Positions 36,977 to 49,402 of a stretch of DNA of 64,000 bases are shown here, piece by piece. This DNA comes from Squalus acanthias (taxonomy: Eukaryota). The DNA lies in NCBI GenBank assembly GCA_030390025.1, contig JASTWF010000036.1, positions 1,240,001 to 1,304,000 of the forward strand, in the 5' to 3' direction. A program made the translations under genes and the position numbers. Under the pieces are notes generated by a model that did not search any database, was not told where the DNA came from, and worked only from the letters and a program-made list of their open reading frames with translations. Position 1 is the first letter of the stretch. Every line of letters begins with the position of its first letter.

Positions 36977-37605
36977 CAACAACAACAACTTGTATTTATC
37001 TAGCGCCTTTAACGTAGTGAAACATCCCCCAGGGTGCTTCACAGGAGCGTCACCAGACAAAATGTGACACCGAGCCACATAACGAGATATTAGGACAGGT
37101 CACGAAAACTTGGTCAAAGAGCTGCGTTTTAAGGAGTGTCTTAAAGGAGGAGAGAGTGAGAGGTTTAGGGAGGGAATTCCAGAGCTTAGGGCCCAGGCAG
37201 CTGAAGGCACGGCCACCAATGGTGGAGCGATTAAAATTGGGGATGTGCAAAAGGCCAGAATTGGAGGAGCGTGGAGTTCTCGGAGAGGGCTGGAGGAGGT
37301 TAGAGAGATAGGGAGGGGCGAGGCCATGTAGGGATTTGAACACAAGGATGTGAATTTTAAAATCGAGGTATTGCCGGACTGGGAGCCAATGTAGGCCAGC
37401 GAGCACAGGGGGTGATGGATGAACGGGACTTGGTGCGAGTTAGGACACGGGGGCAGCAGAGTTTTGGATGCACTCAAGTTTACAGAGGGTGCAAGGTGTG
37501 AGGCCGGCCTAGAGTGCGTTGGAATAGTCAAGTCTAGAGGGAACAAAGGCAGGGATGAGGGTTTCAGCAGTAGATGAGCTGAGGCAGGGGCGGAGACGGG
37601 CGACA
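36977..37605 (-). mobile_element. L2-clade LINE 3' fragment
   Basis: LAGLHWLPVRQYLDFKIHILVFKSLHGLAPPYL...GGRAFSCLGPKLWNSLP, with (ttg)n tail. Confidence 0.92.
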
Positions 37606-38767
37606 CCTGTATGAATGTCATACATCTGTCGTAGACATTCTTACGACAGTAATATTTTTTCTGCAAAATGTGTAGTGCTTTTTACATAGTTTTGCACAAG
37701 ATTTTTTTTAATGTAATAGATAAACTTTTGGGGTCACAGTGCTTCATTTGGTACATGAGAGAATGGAGAAAGCTAAACGTATTGGTCAAGATTTCAGCAG
37801 AGGCTCAATCTGTGTAAAGTGAAGGACTAGACTGAATACCAAAATGTGGAGGCATTCACAAACCTTCCAATTTAGTAAACAGTAGGTTTTTTAAAAAACA
37901 TTCCTGTTTATAATGAACAAAGAAGGGCTGATTTTTCCCAAATTATCATGGCAAATCCGTGCGCCCACTCCCAATGACCTGCACACATGCCGGGCACTAT
38001 TGAGAATGTGGGGCTTGTCTGGTGGATGCCAGGTAAACCCATTGGAAACATAGGGAAGGAACATCACAGCCCACTCGAAGATTGAAGGCATCGACGCGAA
38101 TGTCAAACATTAAAGAATGCTATCTTCACAAAAGTCGAGTAGAATAATAAGTCATCGTAGCTGTGAGTACAGTATAGTTCAGTTGTGAACTTGCACACTT
38201 TGGGAATACAAAATGACAGAACGAATGCCGTCATTTTAAAGTGTGAAGCTTTCATGTTAAACTTTAACTCTTTCCCACCCGTTTTGACGGTGAAATCGAG
38301 AGCATTTTTAAACGTTGCAGTGGCTGTTTGCAACATTGCCCAAAATTGTCAAGCGTCTGTCCGTTTTAGAGATATCTTAAAACTGACATTGTGTGTGAAT
38401 AGTTTATGATGCTTGCATCAAATTCCTTTTTTTAGTTAGGCTTATGGTAATTGTCCTATTTATTGCTTCACTTCACAGCCATTCACCCTGTCACTTTACA
38501 GCTGCACTTTATCAAAAATTGCTTCTTGCAAAGCTTTTGCCCAAACAAGATGACTTTAATTCTTCTGGTCTGCAGTGAATTGGTGACTGAGTTGTGTGCT
38601 ATGGGTGCTTGTACCTACTGGTGGGGGAGAGGGGCGGTCTGTCAGTACAGGCAGGAGTGCCCCTTCAGGAGCCACAGGTACAGGCACCAATTGGACAATG
38701 TACCCTGATATTTCTGTCACAGATAGGGAGGTTTCTTGCTTTTCACTTCTGAAATATAAGACTCTGT

Positions 38768-39161
38768 GGGGGGAAAATTGGCTCACGCCCCCTTTGGGGT
38801 GATAACTTCGCTGGGGCGCTACTTTTAGCGCCCCGAAAAAGTCAGCGCCCCCGCGCCTGAAATTCAATGGTAGCGCCCCAAGCAGGAGGCAGGGCGCTAC
38901 TGGAAACGCTCCCCCTCCCTCTTGGGGCGCTCCCATTGAATATCGCGGCGCTACGTGCAGCAGCGCCACCCGCGCTGGCTCATAGCGCCGCGGTACTGCA
39001 GGCCTCCCTCCCCTGATTAAAGGGGAGGGGCCTAGCGCAGCGCGCACCAGGGCCCTGCTGGACCACCAGGGAGCCGGGTGCCGGCAAAAAAGCGCGGCAC
39101 TCAGGATATCTCTAAAGAGCGGGCGCTAACGGGAGGCGCAAAGCAACCGAATTTTTCCCCC
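38768..39161. mobile_element. PIF/Harbinger-like GC-rich MITE, family 2, copy 1
   Basis: Termini gggggaaaatt / aatttttccccc; inverted homologue at 57,492-57,914; many internal tagcgccc/gggcgcta motifs. Confidence 0.8.
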
Positions 39162-39176
39162 TATGAGGTAGATCTT

Positions 39177-39614
39177 GAAAAGAAAGACTTGCATTTTTAT
39201 AGCACCTTTCACAACCACCGGACATCTCAAAGTGCTTTATAGCCAATGATGTACTATTTTGAAGTGTAGTCACTGTTGTAATGTAGGAAACGTGGCAGCC
39301 AATTTGCGCACAGCAAGCCCCCACAAACAATGATAATTATCATATAATCTGTTTTAGATGTTGATTGAGGGATAAATATTGGCTAGCACACCGGGGAGAA
39401 CTCCCCTGCTCTTTTTCAAACTAGTGCCATGGGATCTTTTACATCCACCTGAGAGAGCAGACAGGGCCTCAGCTTAATGACGGCACGTCCGACAGTGCAG
39501 CACTCCACTGGAGTATCAGCCTAGAGTTTTTGTGCTCAAGTCTCTGGAGCGGGACTTGAACCACACAACCTTCTGACTCAAAGGCGAGGGTGCTACCCAC
39601 TGAGCCACGGCTGA
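39177..39614 (-). mobile_element. SacSINE1-like SINE, near full length
   Basis: Reverse complement of the 29.4 kb SINE, with head tcagccgtggctcagtgggtagc. Confidence 0.82.
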
Positions 39615-39790
39615 CACTTGACTTTGCGCAGTCATGTAAAACGAGTGATAGCAAGTCGGCAGCCCGTTTTACATCTCTCCCCATTTTTATTTCCATTGCA
39701 GTCAATGAAGGCTTCTGTTATCTGGGTTGGGAGAGAAGCCACATTCATCATATATGGCTGGAAATGTCATAGGGGCCAGTGTGCCATTTT

Positions 39791-40077
39791 ACATAGAGTT
39801 TTACAGCACAGAAACAGGCCATTCAGCCCAACAGGTCCATGCCGGTGTTTATGCTCCACACGAGCCTCCTTCACCTTACTTCATCTCACCCTTTCAGCAT
39901 ATCCTTCTAATCCTTTCTCCTTCATGTGCTTATCTAGCTTCCCGTTAAATTCATCTATGCTATTCGCCCTGTGGTAGCGAGTTCCACATTCTCCCCACTC
40001 TCTGGGTAAAGAAGTTTCTCCTGAATTCCCTATTGGATTTATTCGTGGCTATCTTATATTTATGGCCCCTAGTTTTG
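39791..40077 (-). mobile_element. CR1 3' fragment
   Basis: Reverse complement of the 30.3-30.57 kb CR1 tail. Confidence 0.85.
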
Positions 40078-41009
40078 CCAGGGCGGGTGATCCCAACTGC
40101 TTTGATTTTTTTTAGCCAATCACTTCAGGCATATGGCAGAACTTTGTAGGTCTGGGGTCCATAGACCAGCGTTGTCCAATAGAAATCGCCGATTCGCCAC
40201 AGGTGTGGCTACTGCGACACTGCACTGATTTTAGTCGAAAAGGCCTTGCATGCAATGCAGGTAAAAGGACTTCACGTGTATAGTCACTTAACAGAGATCC
40301 CTGGTCACGATTGAGTGACAGACCCATACCAGACACAGAACTATATTCAGCAGCTTTCCCCAGTGTAGCAATTCTGCTGGTTCCATTGATGTAGCTGAAA
40401 AGTCTGTGTGTAATTTTTGGACCACGGCTTCTGGTCCAGCTTTAGTATTATTGGGAGAGTTAGTGAAGTGTTGTGTCATTTATTGTATTTGTATCGGAGG
40501 AGGTGTAAGTTGAGCCTCTGCTGTTTTACTTTGAGCAAACCCGATGTGTGGTTCACAGCCTGTGTCGTACAGTCTGAAAGAATGTTTATTTCTCCGCTAT
40601 CTGATGACCAGGAGAACTCGAGGAGGCAATGATCAAATTGCAGTTACAAGGGTGTTATGTTTGACCCCTGGACAAGGCTACTATCCCAGATATTGTGTGT
40701 ACAAGGCCACACTTCATTTTGTAGGGATTGAGGCCTTGCTGATAGGGGTGGTCTTTGATACTAAGCGCCAGGAACTATCTGGGCAAAACTTAACAGTCGC
40801 GGCCACACAGTTTGGATCAGAGTATCGCTGACGTACCACAAACAGGCTATTCAATTTATTTTTTAATTGAAGCAAAAAAATTAGCAGCAGCAAAGCAGTG
40901 TTTGAAATGAATACATTGGTGAGCTCGAGGGACCAGGGCAAAGAATGGGTGTACCAATTAGAAGGGCTCGGACTTCAGGCTCGCGCCAAGCACAAGGAGG
41001 CTCGGGGCC

Positions 41010-41904
41010 TACATGAAAAAGGATGAAACAAAGTGACAGGACGGATATGAGGCGGAAGAAAAGCAGCATCAGCAGATGGAGGTTCCATACAAACACAAGG
41101 CAGAGAAAAAGGAGAAGCAGCACTAACATACGCTTGAACTGGCTTGAGAAAGGCGCACTAACGTTGAGTCTGGTAAATGAAGGTCCAGTTAATCCAGCCC
41201 CATACTTCAATACGGAATCATTTTGCTAAATCCAGTCTTGTACCAAATTTTAAAGAAGGGGTACGGCATAATTGTATTCTTAAGAGCATTTAAATTGTGA
41301 GCCAACATGGACACTAGGATACAGGGGTTTGGTTAGAGAGGTTGGCACTGTCGCTTAGACAGAGATCGATAGATTTTTGAATATTAAGGGAATCAAGGGA
41401 TATGGGGATCGGGCGGGAAAGTGGAGTTGAGGTCGATGATCAGCCATGATCTTATTGAATGGCAGAGCAGGCTCGAGGGGCCAAATGGCCGACTCCTGCT
41501 CCTATTTCTTATGTTCTTATGTTCTTAGTGCTAATGCACTTGATGCATTTTCGTGTGAGGATCTGAAGGACAGTGTGGACGATGTTACTTTAAGACGTGC
41601 TATTCTCATGGCTCAGGACTTGATGCCTGAACAGCACTTGTAGAAATGTTTAAAAGTTGGGGAAAGCTCCGTGTGGTATTTTATAGAGCTGGAGGATGTT
41701 TGGAAATTCTGGATTAATGGGGAAAGTGTAACAGATTCGAAGGAACTAAGTCAAGTGACGTTAAGGGATGGTCTTCTGGAAGAGGTTCCAGATGATTTAA
41801 GAATATGGCTGCTTGACCAGGAGTGCAAAATCCCGAGGCAGTTGGGAAAGCGAGCCGATCATTTTGCGATTTCTCAAGTGCAGAGAAACCATTACACACG
41901 TTAA
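41010..41904 (+). mobile_element. Decayed Gypsy (Gmr1-like) LTR-retrotransposon gag with SCAN-like capsid C-terminal segment, interrupted by CR1
   Basis: Coiled-coil-like EKQHQQME..EKKEKQH*HTLELA, then LVPNFKEG, then VWLERLALSL|SANALDAFSCEDLKDSVDDVTLRRAILMAQDLMPEQHL*...WKFWINGESVTDSKELSQVTLRDGLLEEVPDDLRIWLLDQECKIPRQLGKRADHF. Confidence 0.72.
41359..41523 (+). mobile_element. CR1/HER1-type LINE 3' end inserted into the gag fossil
   Basis: gatcagccatgatcttattgaatggcagagcaggctcgagggg...(ttcttatg)n tail; cttag direct repeat at 41,354-41,358 and 41,524-41,528. Confidence 0.88.
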
Positions 41905-42213
41905 AAAAAAGACAGATACCCCCGTTCATTTTCTCCCTGCATTCTCTGGGGGCTCAGAGTAATTTCCCCCCTAAGTATAAATAAGCAATCCCTTACGCTA
42001 ACACCCAGAGCAGTGTCCACCCCCTTCGATATGGGTTTAAAAAATGATCAGAAAAAAGGCCTAGATGACCGAGTGAGATCAATATGCTTTCCTCATTCCT
42101 ATATCCCCTTGTTCTTGGGTCATTGTATTGCTATTTTCCTTAGTGGCTCCAAAGCTATTGTTTTATACCCCAGTTATTAAGATTAACAAAGTGAAAACTG
42201 CATTGAGAGAAAG

Positions 42214-42560
42214 ACTGGGTGACATAATGGGTTAACAAGCTGTTCCTTTCACCTCCGAGACCAAGGCTCAACTTCAGTCCCGACTGGTGGGATGACAGTC
42301 TACGTTGTCTGCTGGCTGCTAGGGCCCTTTTGTGAAATGGGTTTGGCCAGTTCCTTGTAGGCATGAACTCAGTCTTGAAGGTGAATGGTGTGGGAAAGGG
42401 AGAATGCCCCACTGGTGTGTTAGGGGTGGTCTTCCAAGGTTTGGACACTATTGGGGGAAAGTAGAGGGAAGTTCATTGTGTATTTAATCATGCTATACCT
42501 GACCAAGGAATGCTGGATGCTTGAAGTTGAAAAGTATTCCATTCCCCAGTGCTAACAGCT
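42214..42560 (+). mobile_element. Ancient LF-SINE-like tRNA-SINE
   Basis: cctttcacctc...ggctg...ggccc...tgtgaaatgggtt resembles the LF-SINE 5' half as I recall it; related piece at 44,665-44,797. Confidence 0.45.
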
Positions 42561-43437
42561 GGTATGATCGGGTGTGAGCTCGGGGCACTGAGCTGAGCGA
42601 AGTCTGTTGGAATGAACAGATTGCATGATGTAGAGGAGTTGTTGGAAACAGTCATGTGCCTCCTTTGGCCTTCATTGACGGCAGTAAGCAGGTTAGGGTG
42701 AGGTTCGTGAGACCCGGAGAGTTGAAGAGTTAGGCTGAGGGACAGTGCCTAATATAAGCAACTTCTAGCAGTCGCCACAGCCACAAATTGTTTTTTGCAT
42801 GAATACCGCATGACCTGCAGGGTTTTTCAAATTCTTAAACCAAACACAGCACTCCAGATGGCAGACTTAAGATGACTGAAGGGGGGAATAGGTGGGGTCT
42901 AACTATAAGTATTAACACTGTAACCTTCCCTTCAATAATCATATCATTTTCAATCTTACTTATTTTGAGGATGTAGGATTGAAATGAAAGGACATGCCAA
43001 ACAAAAGCTGCAAACCTAATGATATATTATCTGAAGGCACACTGCAGCTTAAGCATCTCCTGCTTTAGGTAGCATTCTCATCCTGCTGATCATGCCTTCA
43101 AAAGCCGGGTCAATTGGCAATTTGATCTCCTTGTTCTTTGCACATGTCCATCACTTTGAACTCTAACACAATTTCACTCGAGCGTGACTTTAAGCCATTC
43201 TGTTCCTCCTTTAGGGAGTTATGGCATCTCAGACTTCAGCGTCCTGTGTCCTAAACACAAAGTTGTCTGCCAGGATGACAGATTGATCACCGGTTTAACT
43301 CCTTGCCGTAGGGAAGCTGACGAATGTTGCAGAGCTGTGACCATGCTGGCCCAGCTGCTCTGAATAACCGGCACAGTCCAAATTTACACAGTCGTGATGA
43401 GAATTTGGATTTGGCCAGATTTTTAAGAATGTGAGTC

Positions 43438-44636
43438 CTTCTTCTCTTCTTAGGCAGTCCCTCGGAGCCGAGGATGACTTGCTTCCATACTAAAAATGAG
43501 TTTTCAGGTGACTGATGAGTCCAATGCGGGACCTACAGTCTCTGTCACAGGTGGGGCAGACGGTGGTTGAAGGGGCGGGTGGGTGGGGTGCTTGGGTTGA
43601 CGTGCGCTCCTTCCGCTGTTTGCGCTTGGCTTCCGCTTGCTCCCGGCGAAGAGACTGGAGCTGTTCGGCGCCTTCCCGGATGCTTCTCCTCCACTTTGTG
43701 CGGTCTTGGGCCAGGGATTCCAGGTGTCGGTGGGGATGTTGCACTTTTTCAAAGAAGCTTTGAGGGTGTCCTTGAAGCGTTTCCTCTGCCCACCTGGGGC
43801 TCTCTTGCTGTGTCGGAGCTCCGAGTAGAGCGCTTGTTTTGGGAGTCTCGTATCGGGCATGCGGATGATGTGGCCTGTCTATCGGAGCTGATCGAGCGTG
43901 GTCAAAGCTTCGATGCTGGGGATGTTGGCCTGAGCGAGAACACTGACGTTGGTGCGCCTATCCTGCCAATGGATTTGCAGGATCTTGCGGAGGCAGCGTT
44001 GGTGGTACCTCTCCAGTGCTTTGAAGTGCCTGCTGTACATGGTCCATGTCTCTGAGGCATACAGCAGGGCGGGTATCACTGCTGCTCTGTAGACCATGAG
44101 CTTGGTGCCGGGTTTGAGGTCCTGGTCTTCAAACACTCTCTTCCTCGGGCGACCAAAGGCTGCACTGGCACACTGAAGGCGGTGTTGGACTTCGTCATCG
44201 ACGTCTGCCCTTGTTGACAGTAGGCTCCCGAGGTATGGAAATTGGTCCACGTTGTCCAAAGCCTTGTCGTGGATTTTGATAATCGGGGAGCAGTACTGTG
44301 TAGCGGGGGCAGGTTGGTAGAGGACCTTTGTCTTACAGATGTTTATTGTAAGGCCCATGCTCTCGTACGCTTCGGTGAAGGTGTTGATGATGGTTTGGAG
44401 TTCGACCTCCGAGTGAGCGCAGACGCAAGCGTCGTCTGCATACTGTAATTCAACGACAGAGGATGGGATGACCTTAGATCTGGACTCGAGGTGACGGGGG
44501 TTGAACAGTTTCCCGTTTGTTCTGTGGATTAGCTCCACTCCAGCGGGGAGCTTACTGAGGGTGAGATGGAGCATTGCAGCAAGGACGATCGAGAAGAGCG
44601 TTGGTGCGATGACACAGCCTTGCTTGACCCCGGTCC
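43438..44636 (-). mobile_element. RTE-clade LINE, 5'-truncated (RT domain 3' half to (gaa)n tail)
   Basis: TGVKQGCVIAPTLFSI...LQYADD...FPYLGS...LLYASETWT...MPDTRLPKQALYSEL...GGQRKRFKDTLK...CPTCDRDCRSRIGLISH; has a premature stop and a frameshift. Confidence 0.95.
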
Positions 44637-44664
44637 GTACGTGAATTGGGTCTGTGGTGGATGT

Positions 44665-44797
44665 ACTGGATGGCTCAGCACATTGTGTCCTTTAACCTCT
44701 GGGACCTGGATTCGAATCCAGCTTAAACTGATGGGATGGACGTCTCTCCTTGCTGATGGCTTTAAGGGTCCAAAGGGAAGCGAGTTGATGGCACAAA
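44665..44797 (+). mobile_element. LF-SINE-like 5' fragment
   Basis: actggatggctcag...cctttaacctctgggacctggattcgaatccagc (A/B-box-like). Confidence 0.5.
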
Positions 44798-44804
44798 ACT
44801 AGTA

Positions 44805-45045
44805 TTACACAGTATTTACAGCACAGAAACAGGCCATTCGGCCCAACTGGTCCGTGCCGGTGTTTATGCTCCACACGAGCCTCCTCCCACCCCTCTTCAT
44901 CTCACCCTATCACCATAACCTTCTATTCCTTTCTCCCTCACATACTTATCTAGCTTCCCCTTAAAGGCGTCTGTGCTATTCGCCTCAACCACTCCCTGTG
45001 GTAGCGAGTTCCACATTCTCACCACTCTCTGGGTAAAGAGACTGT
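44805..45045 (-). mobile_element. CR1 3' fragment
   Basis: Same 3' UTR family as the copies at 39.8 kb and 46.75 kb. Confidence 0.85.
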
Positions 45046-46579
45046 CCTTGAATTGATCGTATCCAGGGAGACCATAAGAATGGCGAGTGTGGGAAATGGA
45101 CTAAATACAGACTGGTGCATTTGGAGCTACTCTTTCGCCCCAGTTGTGAACGGGAAGAAAAAAGGCAATGAGGAAGTTTGAATGTCAACTGACACTGATT
45201 TAAATTTGGGACTCCTCCCCTGTTGATAGGGCCTCTACTTGACTAGTGAAGCTACCAGACTGCCCCAGTGCTCTGAACACTTTTCACTGATGTTAAATGG
45301 GTATCTTTTCAATGTATATTCTTTATTACAACGAAAGTATACCCCATCTTATAAGTGCATCAAATGAGAATGTAGTTACAAATGAATAACTTTATGAAGC
45401 CATTTATAATGGACCCGAATATGAAAGAAGTCCCCAGCAGTGTACCCTGGAGAGCGGGTACTTAATTAACTACTTAATGTGCTTCTTCTGAAGGGATCAG
45501 GACAGTGCAGCCCAGCAATTTGAATTTCACCTATGCCCTTAAATCCTGCAATTTAATCAGTAATTAATGGATTGTTTATTAAAACTGTAAACTTAAAAGA
45601 TTTAAATATCTTGAAGATATAGCTTCAGTATTGCAGACAAATTTATATTGCTCTTCCATTGAATGTGTTAGGGGTGAATCTCAATTGAATGTCTCGATTT
45701 GCTGATTCAGCTCACGATATCTTTCACTGAAACACTGTGCCCAAAAAGCATTGAGATTTGATGTGTTCCGATTGTAAAGTGAGAAGTGAACCAGATTCTT
45801 CCCATGGTCTGTCACCAGGCTGATCAAGGACCTTGACCAATGGCTTTGAAGCTCTTCGGGGTGAGTCAGAGGGCTCTCATACCTCCTGTGTTAGAAGGTC
45901 ATGGTTCGAACCCCCACTACAGGGACATGAGCACATAATATAGGTTGACACTTCAGTGCAATTCTGAGGGAGTACAGTCCAGAACGCCGATGAATTTTTC
46001 ATGGAAATAACAGAAAACTGGCCAACCATGGCCCACCTGTAATAATGCTCCTTTCACACTTTTCAAGCAGTTAATGACCACTGGAGCAGTAGAAAGAACA
46101 ACATTTAATTCAGTCAGACTTGGAGTGTGCGGCACTTGTGGTGGAATGGCTCCCTGGAAGTGGACAAAATCCCAATTGATCCATACAGTCCTGAATGCAT
46201 TGAGCATTCCAATATTTGGACCAAAGCATCGGTGCTCTTTAAATATTCATTCATGACTTCCATTTATAGAACCACTTAGACATCTAACTTCTCTCTCTTT
46301 ACAATTCTGTCTTTGAAACATAATAAAAATTTAAATCAAAGTAATATATTTTAATTTGAACTCCGTTATTATTTATACACTCAATTAATGCCAAATTAAC
46401 TTTTGACAGTCACCTAAACCAAATCATCTGACGTGTTAAATTAATAGCATGAAATTGACTCAATTAGCGGAATGAAGATTGAATTCATTTCAGTCCAAGT
46501 CATTGAACCAATGGTATCACAGTACTGGAAACCTTCATTTCACTTGAGAGTTTATATTCCGAAGGTAATTAGCACCCTG

Positions 46580-46664
46580 AGGAGTAATTTTGACTTTGAG
46601 CGATCGTGTATATTGGGCGTATATCGCCCGTTTTACACTATCGGCCAAAATCAAAATTACCCCC
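46580..46664. mobile_element. ~85-bp palindromic mini-MITE
   Basis: ggagtaattttga...gggcg tata tcgccc...tcaaaattacccc folds back on itself; related sequence at ~39,618-39,680. Confidence 0.55.
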
Positions 46665-46739
46665 ACTATCTTGTGTCAACTCCGGAAAACATTGTAATGT
46701 TGATTACATACAATAAGTGTAAACTTCATCATCTAGTAT

Positions 46740-47012
46740 TACATAGAATTTACAGCACAGAAACAGGCCATTCGGCCTAAGTGCTTATGCTCCACACGAG
46801 CCTCCTCCCATCCTACTTCATCTCAGCCTATCAACATAACCTTCTATTCCTTTCTCCCTCATGTACTTAACTAGCTTCCCCTTAAATGCATCTGTGCTAT
46901 TCGCCTCAACCACTCCCTGTGGTAGCGAGTTCCACATTCTCACCACTCTCTGGGGAAAGAAGTTGCTCCTGAATTCCCCATTGGATCTATTCGTACTATC
47001 TTATATTTATGG
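46740..47012 (-). mobile_element. CR1 3' fragment
   Basis: catagaatttacagcacagaaacaggccattcgg... family tail. Confidence 0.85.
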
Positions 47013-47464
47013 ACATTTCCAATTCACTAATTGATCGAACTTTGGTGATCAAGCACATGCAGTAGAATGAAAGCAGATTTTAAAGTCACATTTATTAGGC
47101 AATGGCATAGCCAGCACTTGTGGTGGTTGGAATTTTACTCATTAACGTTTTTGCGATTGCACCTGCAATTCAGAACACAGCCTGCCTACCATTGGATAAT
47201 CCCCAGTTAGAAATTGACTCAGGAATGTGCAATCTGATAAATCGCCCCAGGGCATTGCTCAATGTTGATTGGTCCTCAAATGTTTCATTGCCCTTTCTCC
47301 ATGCGCTGCCATGGGCAACTTGGCGTTTGTTGCAGGCGGTTACTGTGGACGCTTATCGAACGCCCGGACCAATATGGCGTCGCACACACTTCCGCTATCG
47401 TCCAGCGTGGAACATCACACCCCGAAACCTTGTGAGAGGCATCAGAATCTCTCTCCCAGACTAT

Positions 47465-47738
47465 CATAAGAACATAAGACATAGGAGCAGGAGGAGGCCA
47501 TTCGGCCCCTCGAGCCTGCTCCGCCATTCAATAAGATCATGGCTGATCATCGACCTCAACTCCACTTTCCCGCCCGATCTCCATATCCCTTGATTCCCCT
47601 AGAGTCCAAAAATCTATCCATCTCGGTCTTGAATATACTCAAAGACTCAGCATTCACAGCTCTCTGGGGCAGAGAATTCCAAAGATTCACCACCCTCTGA
47701 GTGAAGAAATTCCTCCTCATCTCAGTCTTAAATGGCCT
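47465..47738 (-). mobile_element. CR1/HER1-type 3' fragment
   Basis: (cataagaa)n tail; reverse complement of the 41,359-41,523 family. Confidence 0.87.
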
Positions 47739-47974
47739 ACTCTATCCATTAAGGACTGTGCCTAAGTGTTCAATGTAACTTTCAAATGTCAATATTTCCC
47801 CCCAGTTATCTCCCTGGAAACATGTTCTGCCAAGTGTATAATGGTGATTTGTAAATGTATAGATTCTGCAAACCATGTGGAAATAAGCAATATTTGTGAA
47901 ATTGTAACAAATGTCTGAATGGTTCAAATGTATCACACATGTGAGTGAGTTTAAAAAAAATTAATTCTCGGGAT

Positions 47975-48140
47975 CTGAACATCACTGGTAAGGCCAGCAT
48001 TTATTGCCCATCCCTAGTTGCCCTCGAGAAGGTGGTGGTGAGCCGCCTTCTTGAACCGCTGCAGTCCGTGTGGTGAAGGTGCTCCCACAGTGCTGTTAGG
48101 GAGGGAGTTCCAGGATTTTGACCCAGCGACGATGAAGGAA
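47975..48140 (-). mobile_element. Non-LTR retrotransposon 3' fragment (clade uncertain)
   Basis: The minus strand reads SFIVAGSKSWNSLPNSTVGAPSPHGLQRFKKAAHHHL (WNSLP motif). Confidence 0.65.
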
Positions 48141-48680
48141 TTAAGGCCACAGCATGCCTTTGTTGAGCTATACATGCTGTATTGCAAATTAATTCAGAAA
48201 AAAACTCTATGAACACAACATACAAACAAATGTTACCCAGAAAGCAGCAACTGCTGCCACAGTTACAGCTGCGACAATTCATTTTTACCATCGACAGTAA
48301 TCACATAGCCATCAGCAGGAATTTATAATTAGGGTCTGTTGTGTGTTTATATTTACGGTCTGGGAGAATTAACTCCTGTAAACTAATTATCAGGAGTAAA
48401 GTGCAGATTTTACTGTATTCATGACAGATTCACAAAACATGTTTATGTAGATGCAAACAGTTAATGCATTTTATCCAATAAATTTCCCAATATTGCAAGA
48501 GACTTGAACACAAACAGCATTCTATCTGAGATAGATGAGTCACAAAGCAAAGAGATGGATAAAATGGGGCAATGCTAAACTGAAAGGCTTATGGTTTGGT
48601 CTTTGTTTTATAGAGTGAGCCTGGATTAGGTTAGTTTACAGTCAGGATTTCAGGCCCTTTGTAATGCTTTAGTTGCAAAT

Positions 48681-49076
48681 AAAAAAGACTTGCATTTATA
48701 TAGCTCCTTTCACGACCTCAGGACATCCCAAAGCGCTTTACAGCCAATGAAATACTTTTGAAGTGTAGTCACTGTTGCAATGTAGGGAAACGCGACAGCC
48801 AACCTGTGCACAGCAAGCTCCCACAAACAGCAATGTTATAATGACCAGATAACATGTTTTAGTGATGTTGCCTGAGGGATAAATATTGGCGTCCTCCTGA
48901 GAGGGCAGACTTGGCTTAACGTCTTATCCGAAAGACGGCACCTCTGACAGTGCAGCACTCCCTCAGCACTGCACTGGAGTGTCAGCCTAGATTTTGGTCT
49001 CAAGTTTCTGGAGGGGGATCTGAAGCCACAACCTTCTGACTCTGAGGCGAGAGTGCTGCCCACTGAGCCACGGCTG
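48681..49076 (-). mobile_element. SacSINE1-like SINE with internal deletion
   Basis: Homologous to the copies at 29.4 kb and 39.2 kb. Confidence 0.82.
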
Positions 49077-49402
49077 AGATCGTCATGAGTGATCAATAAA
49101 TAGATACTGTTTGTAACATTTTCCACCTCACAAAAAGTCCAGACCTATATTTTTCATGATAATTGTCAAATAGCTGTTTTGAAGTTCATGTTCCCTTTGA
49201 AAGACTTTAAAAATAGATGTTTGCCAAAGATTCAGGTGTCCTCAAGTTGCTGTGACAGTCTTCACAGTGCATCAGATATCATGGCTTTGAGCTGTTTAGA
49301 AATGCTATTATTTTTGGTACAATCGATCCATCGCTAGATCACCTCACTACAAATATTTTTACTAATCTGACACATTAGTCCAACTGATTGGTCCAACTGA
49401 TC

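Noticed and set aside
43215..43363. Possible exon encoding SYGISDFSVLCPKHK, reminiscent of the end of an extended PHD finger (TCF20/RAI1-type)
   Set aside because: Only a 9-residue resemblance, and no upstream Cys/His-bearing exons were found in the window; probably chance, though a quick BLAST would settle it.
43879..44574. 231-aa and 235-aa ORFs (also 55,907-56,614) as host genes
   Set aside because: Pieces of truncated RTE ORF2 with stops and frameshifts.
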